A DNA stretch of 42,508 bases from a virus. A model generated the notes under the pieces. That model was given only the letters and a program-made list of their open reading frames with translations. It was not told where the DNA came from and ran no database searches. Below, in pieces: positions 1 to 8,142 of the stretch. The stretch covers positions 1 through 42,508 of IMG/VR virus record IMGVR_UViG_3300027852_000018. One strand, given 5' to 3'. A program made the translations under genes and the position numbers. Numbering within the stretch: position 1 is the first letter of the stretch; every line of letters starts with the position of its first letter.

Positions 1-127
1 ACTGATATCTTTGAAAATCCTGGCTCTTTCATCCAGCCGTGCAGGGTTCTGAATGATTCCTTTTGATTTCTGATTATATGATTGGCGTAGCGTGTTTTTT
101 GTTCAGCCTCTTCAATATCGTTCTTAC
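1..127. repeat. Terminal direct repeat, copy 1 (identical to 42382..42508); circular-contig overlap
   Basis: Read directly: the first 127 nt equal the last 127 nt. The portal ORF continues in frame across the junction. Confidence 0.95.
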
Positions 128-371
128 CTAATGGCTCAAACTTTAATATGTCACCGCCACCAAGAAAGGTCTCAACTAGCGCGGTCATGTCAGATTCAAC
201 CATATCGTAATGGTCAGCGCTGACTACCTGGCTGCGCCCCTTCTCTTCATTCCCATATTTTTCTTGATTGTATGAATTAAATAGGTCTATATTTAATCTA
301 TTAAAGTTACCGTTGCGTACACTGTTCTCAACCTGGTATTTTATAATTGTTAGAAGTTCTTTATCGTTCAT
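1..371 (-). CDS. Portal protein, first 371 nt of the gene (wraps the linearisation point, continues 42381..40719)
   Basis: ATG 371..369 overlaps the terL stop (ATGA). Translation MNDKELLTIIKYQVENS...RTLHGW joins MKEPGFSK of ORF 40719..42413 in frame. 371+1663 nt = 678 codons. Confidence 0.85.
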   Translation of the reverse strand, partial: MNDKELLTIIKYQVENSVRNGNFNRLNIDLFNSYNQEKYGNEEKGRSQVVSADHYDMVESDMTALVETFLGGGDILKFEPLGKNDIEEAEQKTRYANHIIRNQKESFRTLHGWMKEPGFSKIS

Positions 372-1843
372 ACTATCCCCGAAACTCTAACGTTTAATTC
401 TCTGCGCTTTCGCTTAACCTCGATAGGCCGCATACACATCATTACCGCATCCGCTCTATTGGGCGATGGAATATCTAGTTTCAGCATATCTTGCTTGCTC
501 ATTAACTGGATTCTGCCTGTATTGTTATATTTTCTCGGTATCTGGCAAAGCTCTGTTCTAAGTGGTTTCAGGTCTTTAATCTCTGAACTGAATGAAATCA
601 ATTGCTCCGGTGCTGCCATTTTACCACATTCAACCGCTTGGTAGGTTCTTTTCATTGCATCTCTAAGTAACCAATAGCATTGAGCACGTTTATTTATAAA
701 GGTTTCTTTGTTTGTCTTTGACTTTTTAACCTCGGTTCCAATACGGTCATATATCTTATCTGGGTTATCTGCACCTTCTGAGCCTCTAAAAGCCTCAACC
801 TCAACCTTTTTGCCATCAAATGCCTGTGCTATTTGCCGCTTTAACCCCATTCCCATCCCGTCAGCATCCCATGTGAAAGCGTCAGGCTTCCTATCTAATG
901 CCCATGTTGTTGCCCAGTCTGTTGCTGTATCAATCAGTCCCGTCTTTGTGCTTTCAACACCAAGAAACACGTTGCCGTGTATATGCGCTACTGCCTTCTC
1001 ATCACCTGTGTCTGCCGGATCATACGCTATTCTTTCTTGTCCCAAAGGGTCGAAACCAAGTTTCTTATGGGCATCTACACAAGCGTCAAACCATTCAGGT
1101 TTTATAATCGCGTCCGCTACAGTATCCAAATAATGTCCATGCCACTTATGGTCATATTCTTGCCTTTCAAGGTTGTCCAGGTCATCCAAGCGTTCAACCT
1201 CTAATCCAGATAACAAAAACCACTCCTCTGGCATATCTGTATAATTTAGCTCTACTATCATTACAAGATCATCTTCATAGTAACCGCATCTTGCTAACTC
1301 TGATTCTGCCCTGGCTAAAAACCGCTTTGCTACCGCATCATTTTTAGAGCGCCGATTCATTGTTATAATGATTTCAGGCTTTTCTACATGCTCACCTGCT
1401 AATGCTCTTTGTGTCTCTGCTGCGTTCAATCGTACCGATGCAGTCAATGTCCTTAGTGAGTTTGCCGATATATCCTCACCTTCTTCAATCCAAAGCCCTT
1501 GTATGCCTGATAACGTTGACTTTAAAGAGGTTATATTCCTGGCCAAACCCCTGTAAAAATTCCTCCCACCTGATGCGTGTTCTATCCCTGCCTTCTTGTC
1601 ACTAAAGCCTGGTAACTCTAATCGGCCTATCTCATCAAGCATTGTTCTATGAACTGACTCTTCCATTGAGTTAAGCTGTTCTCTTGCACAACACCACAGC
1701 TTACCTTGCATTAACTCCACTGATACATAATCTGCTACTGCTGTCGATTTAGTTGAACCCCTACCACCTACAACAATCTTAATTCGCTTTGGTTTCGTAA
1801 AGATCGGGGTTAACTTATCAACGTACTCTACGTCAATATCAAT
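368..1843 (-). CDS. terL: Terminase large subunit; 5' end unresolved
   Basis: Large ORF between terS and portal. Walker A GGRGSTKS (1745..1768) lies upstream of the first GTG (1720) and ATG (1711). The frame is open only back to TAG at 1853..1855 and has no ATG/GTG/TTG before the P-loop. ATT at 1843..1841 sits 5-6 nt after AGGTAAG. Confidence 0.8.
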   Translation of the reverse strand: MDIDVEYVDKLTPIFTKPKRIKIVVGGRGSTKSTAVADYVSVELMQGKLWCCAREQLNSMEESVHRTMLDEIGRLELPGFSDKKAGIEHASGGRNFYRGLARNITSLKSTLSGIQGLWIEEGEDISANSLRTLTASVRLNAAETQRALAGEHVEKPEIIITMNRRSKNDAVAKRFLARAESELARCGYYEDDLVMIVELNYTDMPEEWFLLSGLEVERLDDLDNLERQEYDHKWHGHYLDTVADAIIKPEWFDACVDAHKKLGFDPLGQERIAYDPADTGDEKAVAHIHGNVFLGVESTKTGLIDTATDWATTWALDRKPDAFTWDADGMGMGLKRQIAQAFDGKKVEVEAFRGSEGADNPDKIYDRIGTEVKKSKTNKETFINKRAQCYWLLRDAMKRTYQAVECGKMAAPEQLISFSSEIKDLKPLRTELCQIPRKYNNTGRIQLMSKQDMLKLDIPSPNRADAVMMCMRPIEVKRKRRELNVRVSGIV

Positions 1844-2138
1844 CTTTCTTACCTACTGGTTTAAATGTAACGTTAACATTAGTCTCAAATGGATTACCGT
1901 CTGCCCCTGTGACCTCAACAGCCTTTCTCTTAGCTGCCACATACTGCGCAAGCTCTTTGAACATATTCCCAGCTAGCGCCATGTCCCCTTCATCTTCTGC
2001 CTCTTTAGCAATCCGCGCCATGCCCTCTATGGGATCGCAACCAAGCTCCTCTAGCCTTTCCGCAATTTCTGCGCTTTTCTTGTTAGATGAACCTGGCTTT
2101 CTGCCTGCCCCTTCACGCTTACCGCCTCTATTACTCAT
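1839..2138 (-). CDS. terS: Terminase small subunit-like DNA-binding protein (99 aa)
   Basis: Position immediately upstream of terL. Basic N-terminus MSNRGGKREGAGRKPG, then a helical acidic segment, as in small terminases I recall. Confidence 0.55.
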   Translation of the reverse strand: MSNRGGKREGAGRKPGSSNKKSAEIAERLEELGCDPIEGMARIAKEAEDEGDMALAGNMFKELAQYVAAKRKAVEVTGADGNPFETNVNVTFKPVGKKD

Positions 2139-2197
2139 GATAAATCTTGATATAATTCGATAATCTTTGATATTTATTCATTTTTTATAACCTTTGG

Positions 2198-2476
2198 CTA
2201 TATCTCCTGCCCTGGTGCCTCAATTATTACATTAAGGTCTGGACTTGTTGACCCAGATAAGGTGTATGTTACGTCCATCACTGGTGTTGCAAACGATACA
2301 TCTGCCGTGTCCGGTGTCTGTAGTGGTACAGTCCCACCCGTAATGGTCGCTGTCATGGTGCCGCTACCCCACGTCCCTGATATTTCTACAGGAATATCCC
2401 GACCTATCTCAGCCGCAACAAATCGCTTTGACCCGTCTGCTGTAAAGTTTAAAGTTGTTTTTTCTGAACCGCTCAT
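2198..2476 (-). CDS. Hypothetical protein (92 aa), last gene of the accessory fibre-like block
   Basis: Thr/Gly-rich beta-type ORF. Starts 1 nt after the upstream stop. No family recognised. Confidence 0.5.
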   Translation of the reverse strand: MSGSEKTTLNFTADGSKRFVAAEIGRDIPVEISGTWGSGTMTATITGGTVPLQTPDTADVSFATPVMDVTYTLSGSTSPDLNVIIEAPGQEI

Positions 2477-2477
2477 A

Positions 2478-2666
2478 TTAATCCGCCTTAATTGCCCAAG
2501 TGTCTTCTGAATCAGCAGCTACCGACCAAGGCGCATCTGCCCCAACCTCTATACCACTGTATAAGCTCAATAAACTTGCTCTGTTTTCTGTGTCAATGCT
2601 TCCGCTTGGAACCACTATCACCATTTCAGGTCTATTGAATCCAATTGTTGAATGTCTGTTAGCCAT
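2478..2666 (-). CDS. Hypothetical protein (62 aa)
   Basis: ATG 2666 lies inside GAT GGC TAA of the upstream gene (8-nt overlap). The track start 2681 is an alternative. Confidence 0.45.
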   Translation of the reverse strand: MANRHSTIGFNRPEMVIVVPSGSIDTENRASLLSLYSGIEVGADAPWSVAADSEDTWAIKAD

Positions 2667-3549
2667 CTTTGCCCTTTTCAAAAGTCACAGTGTCATCGCT
2701 TACCGTTGATGTGCTTACCAGTGTGGTGCCATCATTCGCGTAAATCTTTCTTTCTGTTGATGTTTGTGTGCCTCTGTTTTTAAGGCCCATAAAGTTATAA
2801 CTGATTTTATCTGCTATTGGTGCTGTTGATGCTGGTGGGCTTGTGGGTTCTACTGTGGCATCTGTAAACAATACATCTTTAGCCTCTGTGTTTACTTCTG
2901 CTTTCATGGCTGTAGACATACCGCCTAAATCTGTAAGACCTGCTCCTGCTGTACCTATTTCTGGGAAATTATCGCCTGTTTGTGGTGTGTGGCCTGAGAG
3001 AGTCGTTACCGTATCGGCTAACTGAATGTCTGTACCTGATAAACCAACTGCTGTGGTGGGATTAGCTACGTTTGCCCAATCTACCCCTGCACAACCACCG
3101 GCCTCAACATCTAAAGTGTTTGCTGGTGTGGTTGACCTTACAAGCTGATCTAGTCCGTAGCTTGCATGTTTCAGTAGCGCCAACGCGCCACCCGTGCGCT
3201 CAATTGAGAAATCATCAGCTACAAAGTTAATCACACCCGCGTCAATGGTCACGCTATTCACAATTACTGTATATTCACTACCCGCTGCATAAAAACTTGC
3301 ATCGGTATCATCCGATAAATCAACACTGAAACCGTTAATCCCTGTAATACCATCAAAATCAATGCCGTCCGTATCAAGTAGCGTAAATCCTGAAGTTGAT
3401 GAGCGTTGAGTCACGCCGCCATCCTTGTATATTTTAATATCTGCCAGTGCCAAGCCGGTCAATGTCACACTTGCTGTCGGGTCGTTAGAATCATAGGATG
3501 CAAAATAAAAATAAACCGTGTTAGCTGTTGTAAAATCGCCTTTGTACAT
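2659..3549 (-). CDS. Hypothetical fibre-like / structural-type protein (296 aa)
   Basis: Long ORF with Thr/Asp/Gly-rich beta composition, adjacent to the beta-helix protein. No family recognised. Confidence 0.5.
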   Translation of the reverse strand: MYKGDFTTANTVYFYFASYDSNDPTASVTLTGLALADIKIYKDGGVTQRSSTSGFTLLDTDGIDFDGITGINGFSVDLSDDTDASFYAAGSEYTVIVNSVTIDAGVINFVADDFSIERTGGALALLKHASYGLDQLVRSTTPANTLDVEAGGCAGVDWANVANPTTAVGLSGTDIQLADTVTTLSGHTPQTGDNFPEIGTAGAGLTDLGGMSTAMKAEVNTEAKDVLFTDATVEPTSPPASTAPIADKISYNFMGLKNRGTQTSTERKIYANDGTTLVSTSTVSDDTVTFEKGKDG

Positions 3550-3557
3550 TTTTAATC

Positions 3558-5369
3558 CTAGCTTATTGTCAGTGTAGCTGTGAATGATTGCGTGGGTGTC
3601 GTTGCTTCATCTGGGTCATGTACTTCAAAGATTATTGTATCTGAGCCTGTGTATCCTGATGTCGGCGTATAAACTGAACCTATATTTACACTCAACCATG
3701 TACCTTCAGTTGTCAGTGTGCCGTTTGTCGGGTTTGTCGTGATCTTTAAGCAAGCGTCCCCTGTTGAGCCAGTCACTTCCAGGCTTTTGCACAAGCTGTT
3801 TGAATCCACTACTGAATATGGCACAGAATACGGATACAGTGTATTTACAATAATCTCCAGTGTTGAGTCTGGCTCCACATCATCACCTATCGTTATATTG
3901 CAAGTTACCGCCTCGATTGATCCAGATACCCGCCTGATGTAGTCAATTGTTTCTGAGCCTGCCCCGCCAGATATTAAATCAAAGTGGTCTACCCCGTTGA
4001 TTATACATTTTGTCAGTGCGTTTGAAAATGTATGCGTCAAGGCCACGACTGTCTCGAATTGATCTATGTCGTTATCTCCACCTACAGCCGTGAGTGCAGC
4101 TACTTCAGGATCAATTACTAGCGTATCTGTATTTGATATCGAGCTAGTACCTATGGCATTTGTAGCCGAAACGCTTAGTCCTGTCACATCGGTATCATTT
4201 AGTGGCGTGCCGGAAAATTCACCTGTTGACGTGTTGAAACTTATACCACTCCCAGCTAAAGACCCTGATTCTAGCGTGTAAGATGTTACTGAGCCTGTAA
4301 ACAGTGGTGATACGCTGTAACTATATGCAGCTCCTTCTACCGCCGTAACAAAAGCTAACGGTCCTACATAAACCGGTGCTGCTGCAACATCAATAACCTC
4401 AAACGCTCCGATGTCATACGATGTATTTTCCGGTCTTGTCGTGCCAACAATGTCCAACGTAGGTACTGTTAGCCCTGCACCTGTCGCAGATGTGTGGTTA
4501 TCTTGAGCTGTATTATTCGCGTGATCTACTATCCTTAAGTCAGGTATCGCAGTGTCTTCAACTATATACGCTGCGCTGGCTGTACTGTCAGTTACTGTCG
4601 CGCTTTTTGTATTGTTAGTATCGGTAGCTAAGATAACACCTCTATAATAAGATGATTGCGCTGAGCTTGTTATTACTCTCTCAAAGTGCGCCGTAACGCT
4701 GTTTACGTCGTCTGCACTGCACGTATTTCCTGTGGGAATGTGAAAAAGTGAGTTAAATACTCTTACGGTAGCCGCATTGTTGCCGGTCGTCCCAACCACA
4801 CCAGATCTAGAACCCGCTGCTGAGCTGTACCCGATATTGTACCCTGTACAGCTATTTATATTTACTGTTAGGCCTGCGTCATGGTTATATCCATCAACTA
4901 CGCCGCGGTACACATTGTAGAAATGGCAAGCATTGAATGTAACGTCCGAAGCTTTCTCAGTATATAAGAGATCCTGCTGGTCGTTTCTTAATGCGAACCC
5001 CAGCAAACACCTATTAGCAATAAGTGTATTGGCTACGTCATTTCTAAATAGCTCATCAGAAACGCCTGTAGAGGCATTTTGAATATCCACATCATTGAAT
5101 ATAATCGTGCCAGTATTTGTCAGTGTAAATACATGCCCTGATGTTGGCCTTAGTCTGTAGTGCGTTTCACCTGGCTGCCAGATTCTACCTGTATGCTTAG
5201 CACTGCCCAGGGCGGTTACTGTCAAGTTTTTTGTGGTTGAAATTGTATTTGTCTCGGGCGCAGACCAAGTGCCGGAAATTTCTATTGTATCACCGGTAGT
5301 TGCTGCTGCAACCGCAGCGCTTAGAGATGCGTAATCCCCCCAGGACTCTTTGACTGTTATTGTTGCCAA
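3558..5369 (-). CDS. Right-handed beta-helix protein with He_PIG-type Ig-like domain; putative depolymerase/tailspike-like
   Basis: TTG start 5369 with AGGAG 8 nt upstream. The N-terminal half has short repeated turns (FNDVDIQNAS, FNACHFYNV, NINSCTGYNIG, RVFNSLFHIP). The central APVYVGPL...SYTLESGSLAGSGISFNTSTGEFSGTP matches the putative-Ig (He_PIG) motif. Confidence 0.55.
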   Translation of the reverse strand: MATITVKESWGDYASLSAAVAAATTGDTIEISGTWSAPETNTISTTKNLTVTALGSAKHTGRIWQPGETHYRLRPTSGHVFTLTNTGTIIFNDVDIQNASTGVSDELFRNDVANTLIANRCLLGFALRNDQQDLLYTEKASDVTFNACHFYNVYRGVVDGYNHDAGLTVNINSCTGYNIGYSSAAGSRSGVVGTTGNNAATVRVFNSLFHIPTGNTCSADDVNSVTAHFERVITSSAQSSYYRGVILATDTNNTKSATVTDSTASAAYIVEDTAIPDLRIVDHANNTAQDNHTSATGAGLTVPTLDIVGTTRPENTSYDIGAFEVIDVAAAPVYVGPLAFVTAVEGAAYSYSVSPLFTGSVTSYTLESGSLAGSGISFNTSTGEFSGTPLNDTDVTGLSVSATNAIGTSSISNTDTLVIDPEVAALTAVGGDNDIDQFETVVALTHTFSNALTKCIINGVDHFDLISGGAGSETIDYIRRVSGSIEAVTCNITIGDDVEPDSTLEIIVNTLYPYSVPYSVVDSNSLCKSLEVTGSTGDACLKITTNPTNGTLTTEGTWLSVNIGSVYTPTSGYTGSDTIIFEVHDPDEATTPTQSFTATLTIS

Positions 5370-5385
5370 GTGGCCTGCTCCTTAA

Positions 5386-6822
5386 TCATAATGCGAACCC
5401 ATCCTCATCGACAACATCACCATTGCTATCAATAACATATAGATACGTGCCTGTGAAGCTGCTAAAAGACCCTTTATCCAGTGTCACAGTAATTGCCGAT
5501 GTGCTCCAATTCGCGCTCACTCCAACCTGTATTTCAATGTGAGTGCATGCTGAGAATGTCGACGCATTGCCAAGCTCTACTCTGGCTCTAGTCGTTGCTA
5601 CATATACATCTGTAAAATCAGTAGTAGCATTAATCATATTGTTATCCATAAACCCCAGTCTGAAGTCCTTGAATCCTGTAGGGTTTACTGTCGGAGTTGA
5701 TGGCATCCAGTTGTAATCAGTAGACTGCATATCATCTACATTGTCCCTCCAAACTTTAAATGCTCCATGCCTGCCTTCAGAGTCACCTAAATCTAAGTAT
5801 GTATCCCACCGCTGCCATACATCTGAGCTATCCGCCATAGTCCACGGGATCGTTGTGTAAATAGCAGGGTCTGCGCCATCAGTATTGGGTGACATATCCC
5901 ACCAAGTTCCTCCAGGGGGTATATTTACAATCGGCTGTGGTTTCTCTGTAGATGAAGTGCCGGTTGTACCATTGGAGTAAACAATATATTGCTTCATGTT
6001 CCAGGTAGTGTAGTCGGAGGAATCCGCGTGAAAGTATCTCCAATAAGAGAAAAATAGCTCTGGATCGTCCCTTCCGCTATAGCCAAACCCCCCGTTTCTA
6101 TTCGCCCCTGAGCCGTTGTTACGTCTTCGCCTAAATGTCCCAGCTCGCCCTGTCCGATTATTTGACGCTGACATAAGCATGTGCTCACCAGCTGTGTCGT
6201 CTCCGATCCCAATTATGAACGTGGAGTATTCATTGCCAACCGTAGGCGTTACATTTGTTATTGGTATGCCTGCACTAGATTCGTCCCCTTTACCGTATTG
6301 GATAACATCACCGCCCATTGTGCCAAATCCGCTACCATTCACAACTACGCTTTGACCATCTGCAATAGTGCCGGTCACTGACGTAATTATTGTCGTCCCC
6401 TGTGCATTTATTGCTAGAGTAGCTGTGTTTGACGTGGCGCTTGTACCGGTTGTGTTTGTAGCTGAGACGGTAATTCCTGTTATATCAGTGTCATTTGGTG
6501 GAGTGCCGGAAAACTCGCCTGTTGCTGTGTTAAAGCTTAAACCGCTGCCCGTCAAATCACCTGATACCAATGTATAAGAATCAACAGAACCAGTGAATAG
6601 TGATGCCACGCTGAATGTATATGCGCTGTTCTCTGTAGCATTTGAAAACACCAATGGGCCTACATAAACAGGGGCAGGGAGGGTGTTTGCTGTAACTGTG
6701 AGTGATATATTTGGTGTGACCAGTGCAGAACCTCGAGTATCGGATGCTGCTGGTGGTGCAGCCCCGCCTCCGCGAGATAGTCGAGACGTTGGGCCTTCAA
6801 GTGGTGATCTAGGTGTAGGCAT
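5386..6822 (-). CDS. He_PIG Ig-like domain protein with C-terminal beta-sandwich (jelly-roll-like) domain; putative glycan-binding or -degrading protein
   Basis: APVYVGPL...SYTLVSGDLTGSGLSFNTATGEFSGTP is paralogous to the domain in 3558..5369. The C-terminal 300 aa is Trp/Tyr-rich beta type. The N-terminal ~45 aa is Pro/Gly/Arg/Ala-rich, so the start is uncertain. Confidence 0.5.
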   Translation of the reverse strand: MPTPRSPLEGPTSRLSRGGGAAPPAASDTRGSALVTPNISLTVTANTLPAPVYVGPLVFSNATENSAYTFSVASLFTGSVDSYTLVSGDLTGSGLSFNTATGEFSGTPPNDTDITGITVSATNTTGTSATSNTATLAINAQGTTIITSVTGTIADGQSVVVNGSGFGTMGGDVIQYGKGDESSAGIPITNVTPTVGNEYSTFIIGIGDDTAGEHMLMSASNNRTGRAGTFRRRRNNGSGANRNGGFGYSGRDDPELFFSYWRYFHADSSDYTTWNMKQYIVYSNGTTGTSSTEKPQPIVNIPPGGTWWDMSPNTDGADPAIYTTIPWTMADSSDVWQRWDTYLDLGDSEGRHGAFKVWRDNVDDMQSTDYNWMPSTPTVNPTGFKDFRLGFMDNNMINATTDFTDVYVATTRARVELGNASTFSACTHIEIQVGVSANWSTSAITVTLDKGSFSSFTGTYLYVIDSNGDVVDEDGFAL

Positions 6823-6851
6823 GTATTAACCATTGCGTTAACTTACTGATC

Positions 6852-6860
6852 ATTATATCA
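6852..6860 (-). promoter_or_regulatory. Extended -10 promoter-like element TGATATAAT upstream of the accessory block
   Basis: Reverse complement of attatatca. It lies ~29 nt upstream of ATG 6822. No good -35. Confidence 0.35.
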
Positions 6861-6974
6861 AAAAAATATGGGTGTTGCCGCTTCTACAGCGTTTATAGTG
6901 ATTAATACAAATAGCATTAAGGCCAATAAGCCTATACCTGCCTCTGCCAATATATTAATTGATTCTTTGTTCAT
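6858..6974 (-). CDS. 38-aa single-pass membrane peptide (below the ORF-track cutoff)
   Basis: ATG 6974..6972 overlaps the upstream stop (ATGA). Translation is MNKESINILAEAGIGLLALMLFVLITINAVEAATPIFF. Its TGA stop is part of TGATATAAT. Confidence 0.5.
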   Translation of the reverse strand: MNKESINILAEAGIGLLALMLFVLITINAVEAATPIFF

Positions 6975-7228
6975 GGTGCGCCCTTCCACTCAAGATATGT
7001 TTCTTCTCTTTCAGCCGTTACAATTCTTGTTTTTATTTCCGTATTATCCCTGTACTGCTCCAAAACGCTCATCAGCTCCCTATCTAAAGTAATGCTTAAA
7101 TCCTCTGGTATTGCTAATCTTTTGCGAACTTCATTCAAATCTAAAAGCACACTTACATAATCATGAGCGTCTGTTTCATCAAGACAAGCATACAAACCCA
7201 ATTCTTCTAACATGCCTTCAGTTATCAT
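6971..7228 (-). CDS. Hypothetical acidic protein (85 aa)
   Basis: ATGA-coupled to both neighbours in the lysis region. Confidence 0.55.
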   Translation of the reverse strand: MITEGMLEELGLYACLDETDAHDYVSVLLDLNEVRKRLAIPEDLSITLDRELMSVLEQYRDNTEIKTRIVTAEREETYLEWKGAP

Positions 7229-7473
7229 TTCTTCTTACTCAACAACTTAACAGCGCCCAATAGTAAACCATCACTTTCTTTAGGCTTAGCACCACCTACG
7301 GCCAAAGCAGGCAGATTTACCAGCAGGTTAAAGACTTTGTTTAGCTTTGTGTTGTCCTTAAGTGTTGGCAGTGATGCAGAAACTACGCTTGCGCCTAAAA
7401 CAATTCGGCCTAGAACGTCAAGTATCTGTTCTTGGTTGGTTAGTACAAATGTTATTAATGTTAAGATGTCCAT
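7225..7473 (-). CDS. Small membrane protein, holin candidate (82 aa)
   Basis: Hydrophobic segments plus a Lys-rich C-terminus (LLSKKK). Position in the lysis cassette. Confidence 0.35.
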   Translation of the reverse strand: MDILTLITFVLTNQEQILDVLGRIVLGASVVSASLPTLKDNTKLNKVFNLLVNLPALAVGGAKPKESDGLLLGAVKLLSKKK

Positions 7474-7495
7474 TTATTTACCCTCTTTGATTGTT

Positions 7496-7834
7496 TTATC
7501 TACGTTCTCGTAAAAGCTTCACAACTTCTTTCAATGTAGCTTCCTGGTTTCTCATGTGGTTATCAATGTGAACTTGGTCGTTTTTCATTACACGAATATC
7601 TGATTGAATTGTGTTTACATCTGCGGCCATTTGCTTTTGCTCAGTTACCATTTCAGTTATTTTTGCGTTCGTTGCTTCTATATCCTTTTGCGCTGCTGTG
7701 TCTGCTGCTGCTAAATCCCTGTACCCCCCACCAAATGCCACTCCTATTAAAAGTAAAGCTATAAGGTTTTCCAGTGTTAACCACTTTCTCAATCCTCTAT
7801 TTGATATGTCCTCACTCACCGCCGATTCGGTCAT
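7496..7834 (-). CDS. N-terminal TM + coiled-coil protein (i-spanin-like topology)
   Basis: TM segment LIALLLIGVAFGGG followed by heptad-like helices. Position in the lysis cassette. Confidence 0.35.
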   Translation of the reverse strand: MTESAVSEDISNRGLRKWLTLENLIALLLIGVAFGGGYRDLAAADTAAQKDIEATNAKITEMVTEQKQMAADVNTIQSDIRVMKNDQVHIDNHMRNQEATLKEVVKLLRERR

Positions 7835-8142
7835 TATCTACTCCACCGCTTAGAAACTACAAAACCAAAGTTGTTTACTGTGTGATCATCCTTATTCCAA
7901 ACACATGAGAAATGAGTGCCTTTAGCCCCAATATCTAACCACCCGCTGTATATATTTGCAACAAATCCCATGTTAGATGTGGCCTGGTTATCATTTGTTA
8001 CGTTGGTTTGTGGATTGTTTTCGCATAACGGGCTTTGATTTTGGTAGTAATCAATTCCTGCATAAACTTCAAAGTATTTAAACCACTCCCCCGCTGATGC
8101 TGGGACAGATAACAGCATTAGAGCCAAGCACTTAACCTGCAA
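7834..8142 (-). CDS. Secreted small protein with cleavable signal peptide (102 aa)
   Basis: MQVKCLALMLLSVPASAGEW. There is no lipobox, so it is not a canonical o-spanin. Beta-rich and aromatic. Confidence 0.3.
   Translation of the reverse strand: MQVKCLALMLLSVPASAGEWFKYFEVYAGIDYYQNQSPLCENNPQTNVTNDNQATSNMGFVANIYSGWLDIGAKGTHFSCVWNKDDHTVNNFGFVVSKRWSR

Noticed and set aside
1-127. The 127-bp terminal repeat as biological direct terminal repeats.
   Set aside because: The length equals a common maximum assembler k-mer and a gene reads straight through it. The terS/terL/P22-like organisation points to headful packaging. Only read-end analysis can settle the question.
1839-1855. Treating the terS/terL junction as an established programmed frameshift site.
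   Set aside because: There is only a possible A-AAG slip and no canonical slippery heptamer or downstream structure. ATT initiation or a sequence error is at least as likely. It is reported as an open question only.
5994-6212. Nested same-strand ORFs (5994..6212 within the 478-aa gene; 38893..39093 within the capsid gene).
   Set aside because: They are alternate frames inside well-supported genes, with no SD and odd composition.
4130-6680. The similar ~270-bp segments in 3558..5369 and 5386..6822 as a diversity-generating retroelement TR/VR pair (prompted by the BPP-1-like cement protein).
   Set aside because: No reverse transcriptase or Avd gene is present in the genome. The differences between the two copies involve all base types rather than adenine-specific changes. 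They are diverged paralogous He_PIG domains.
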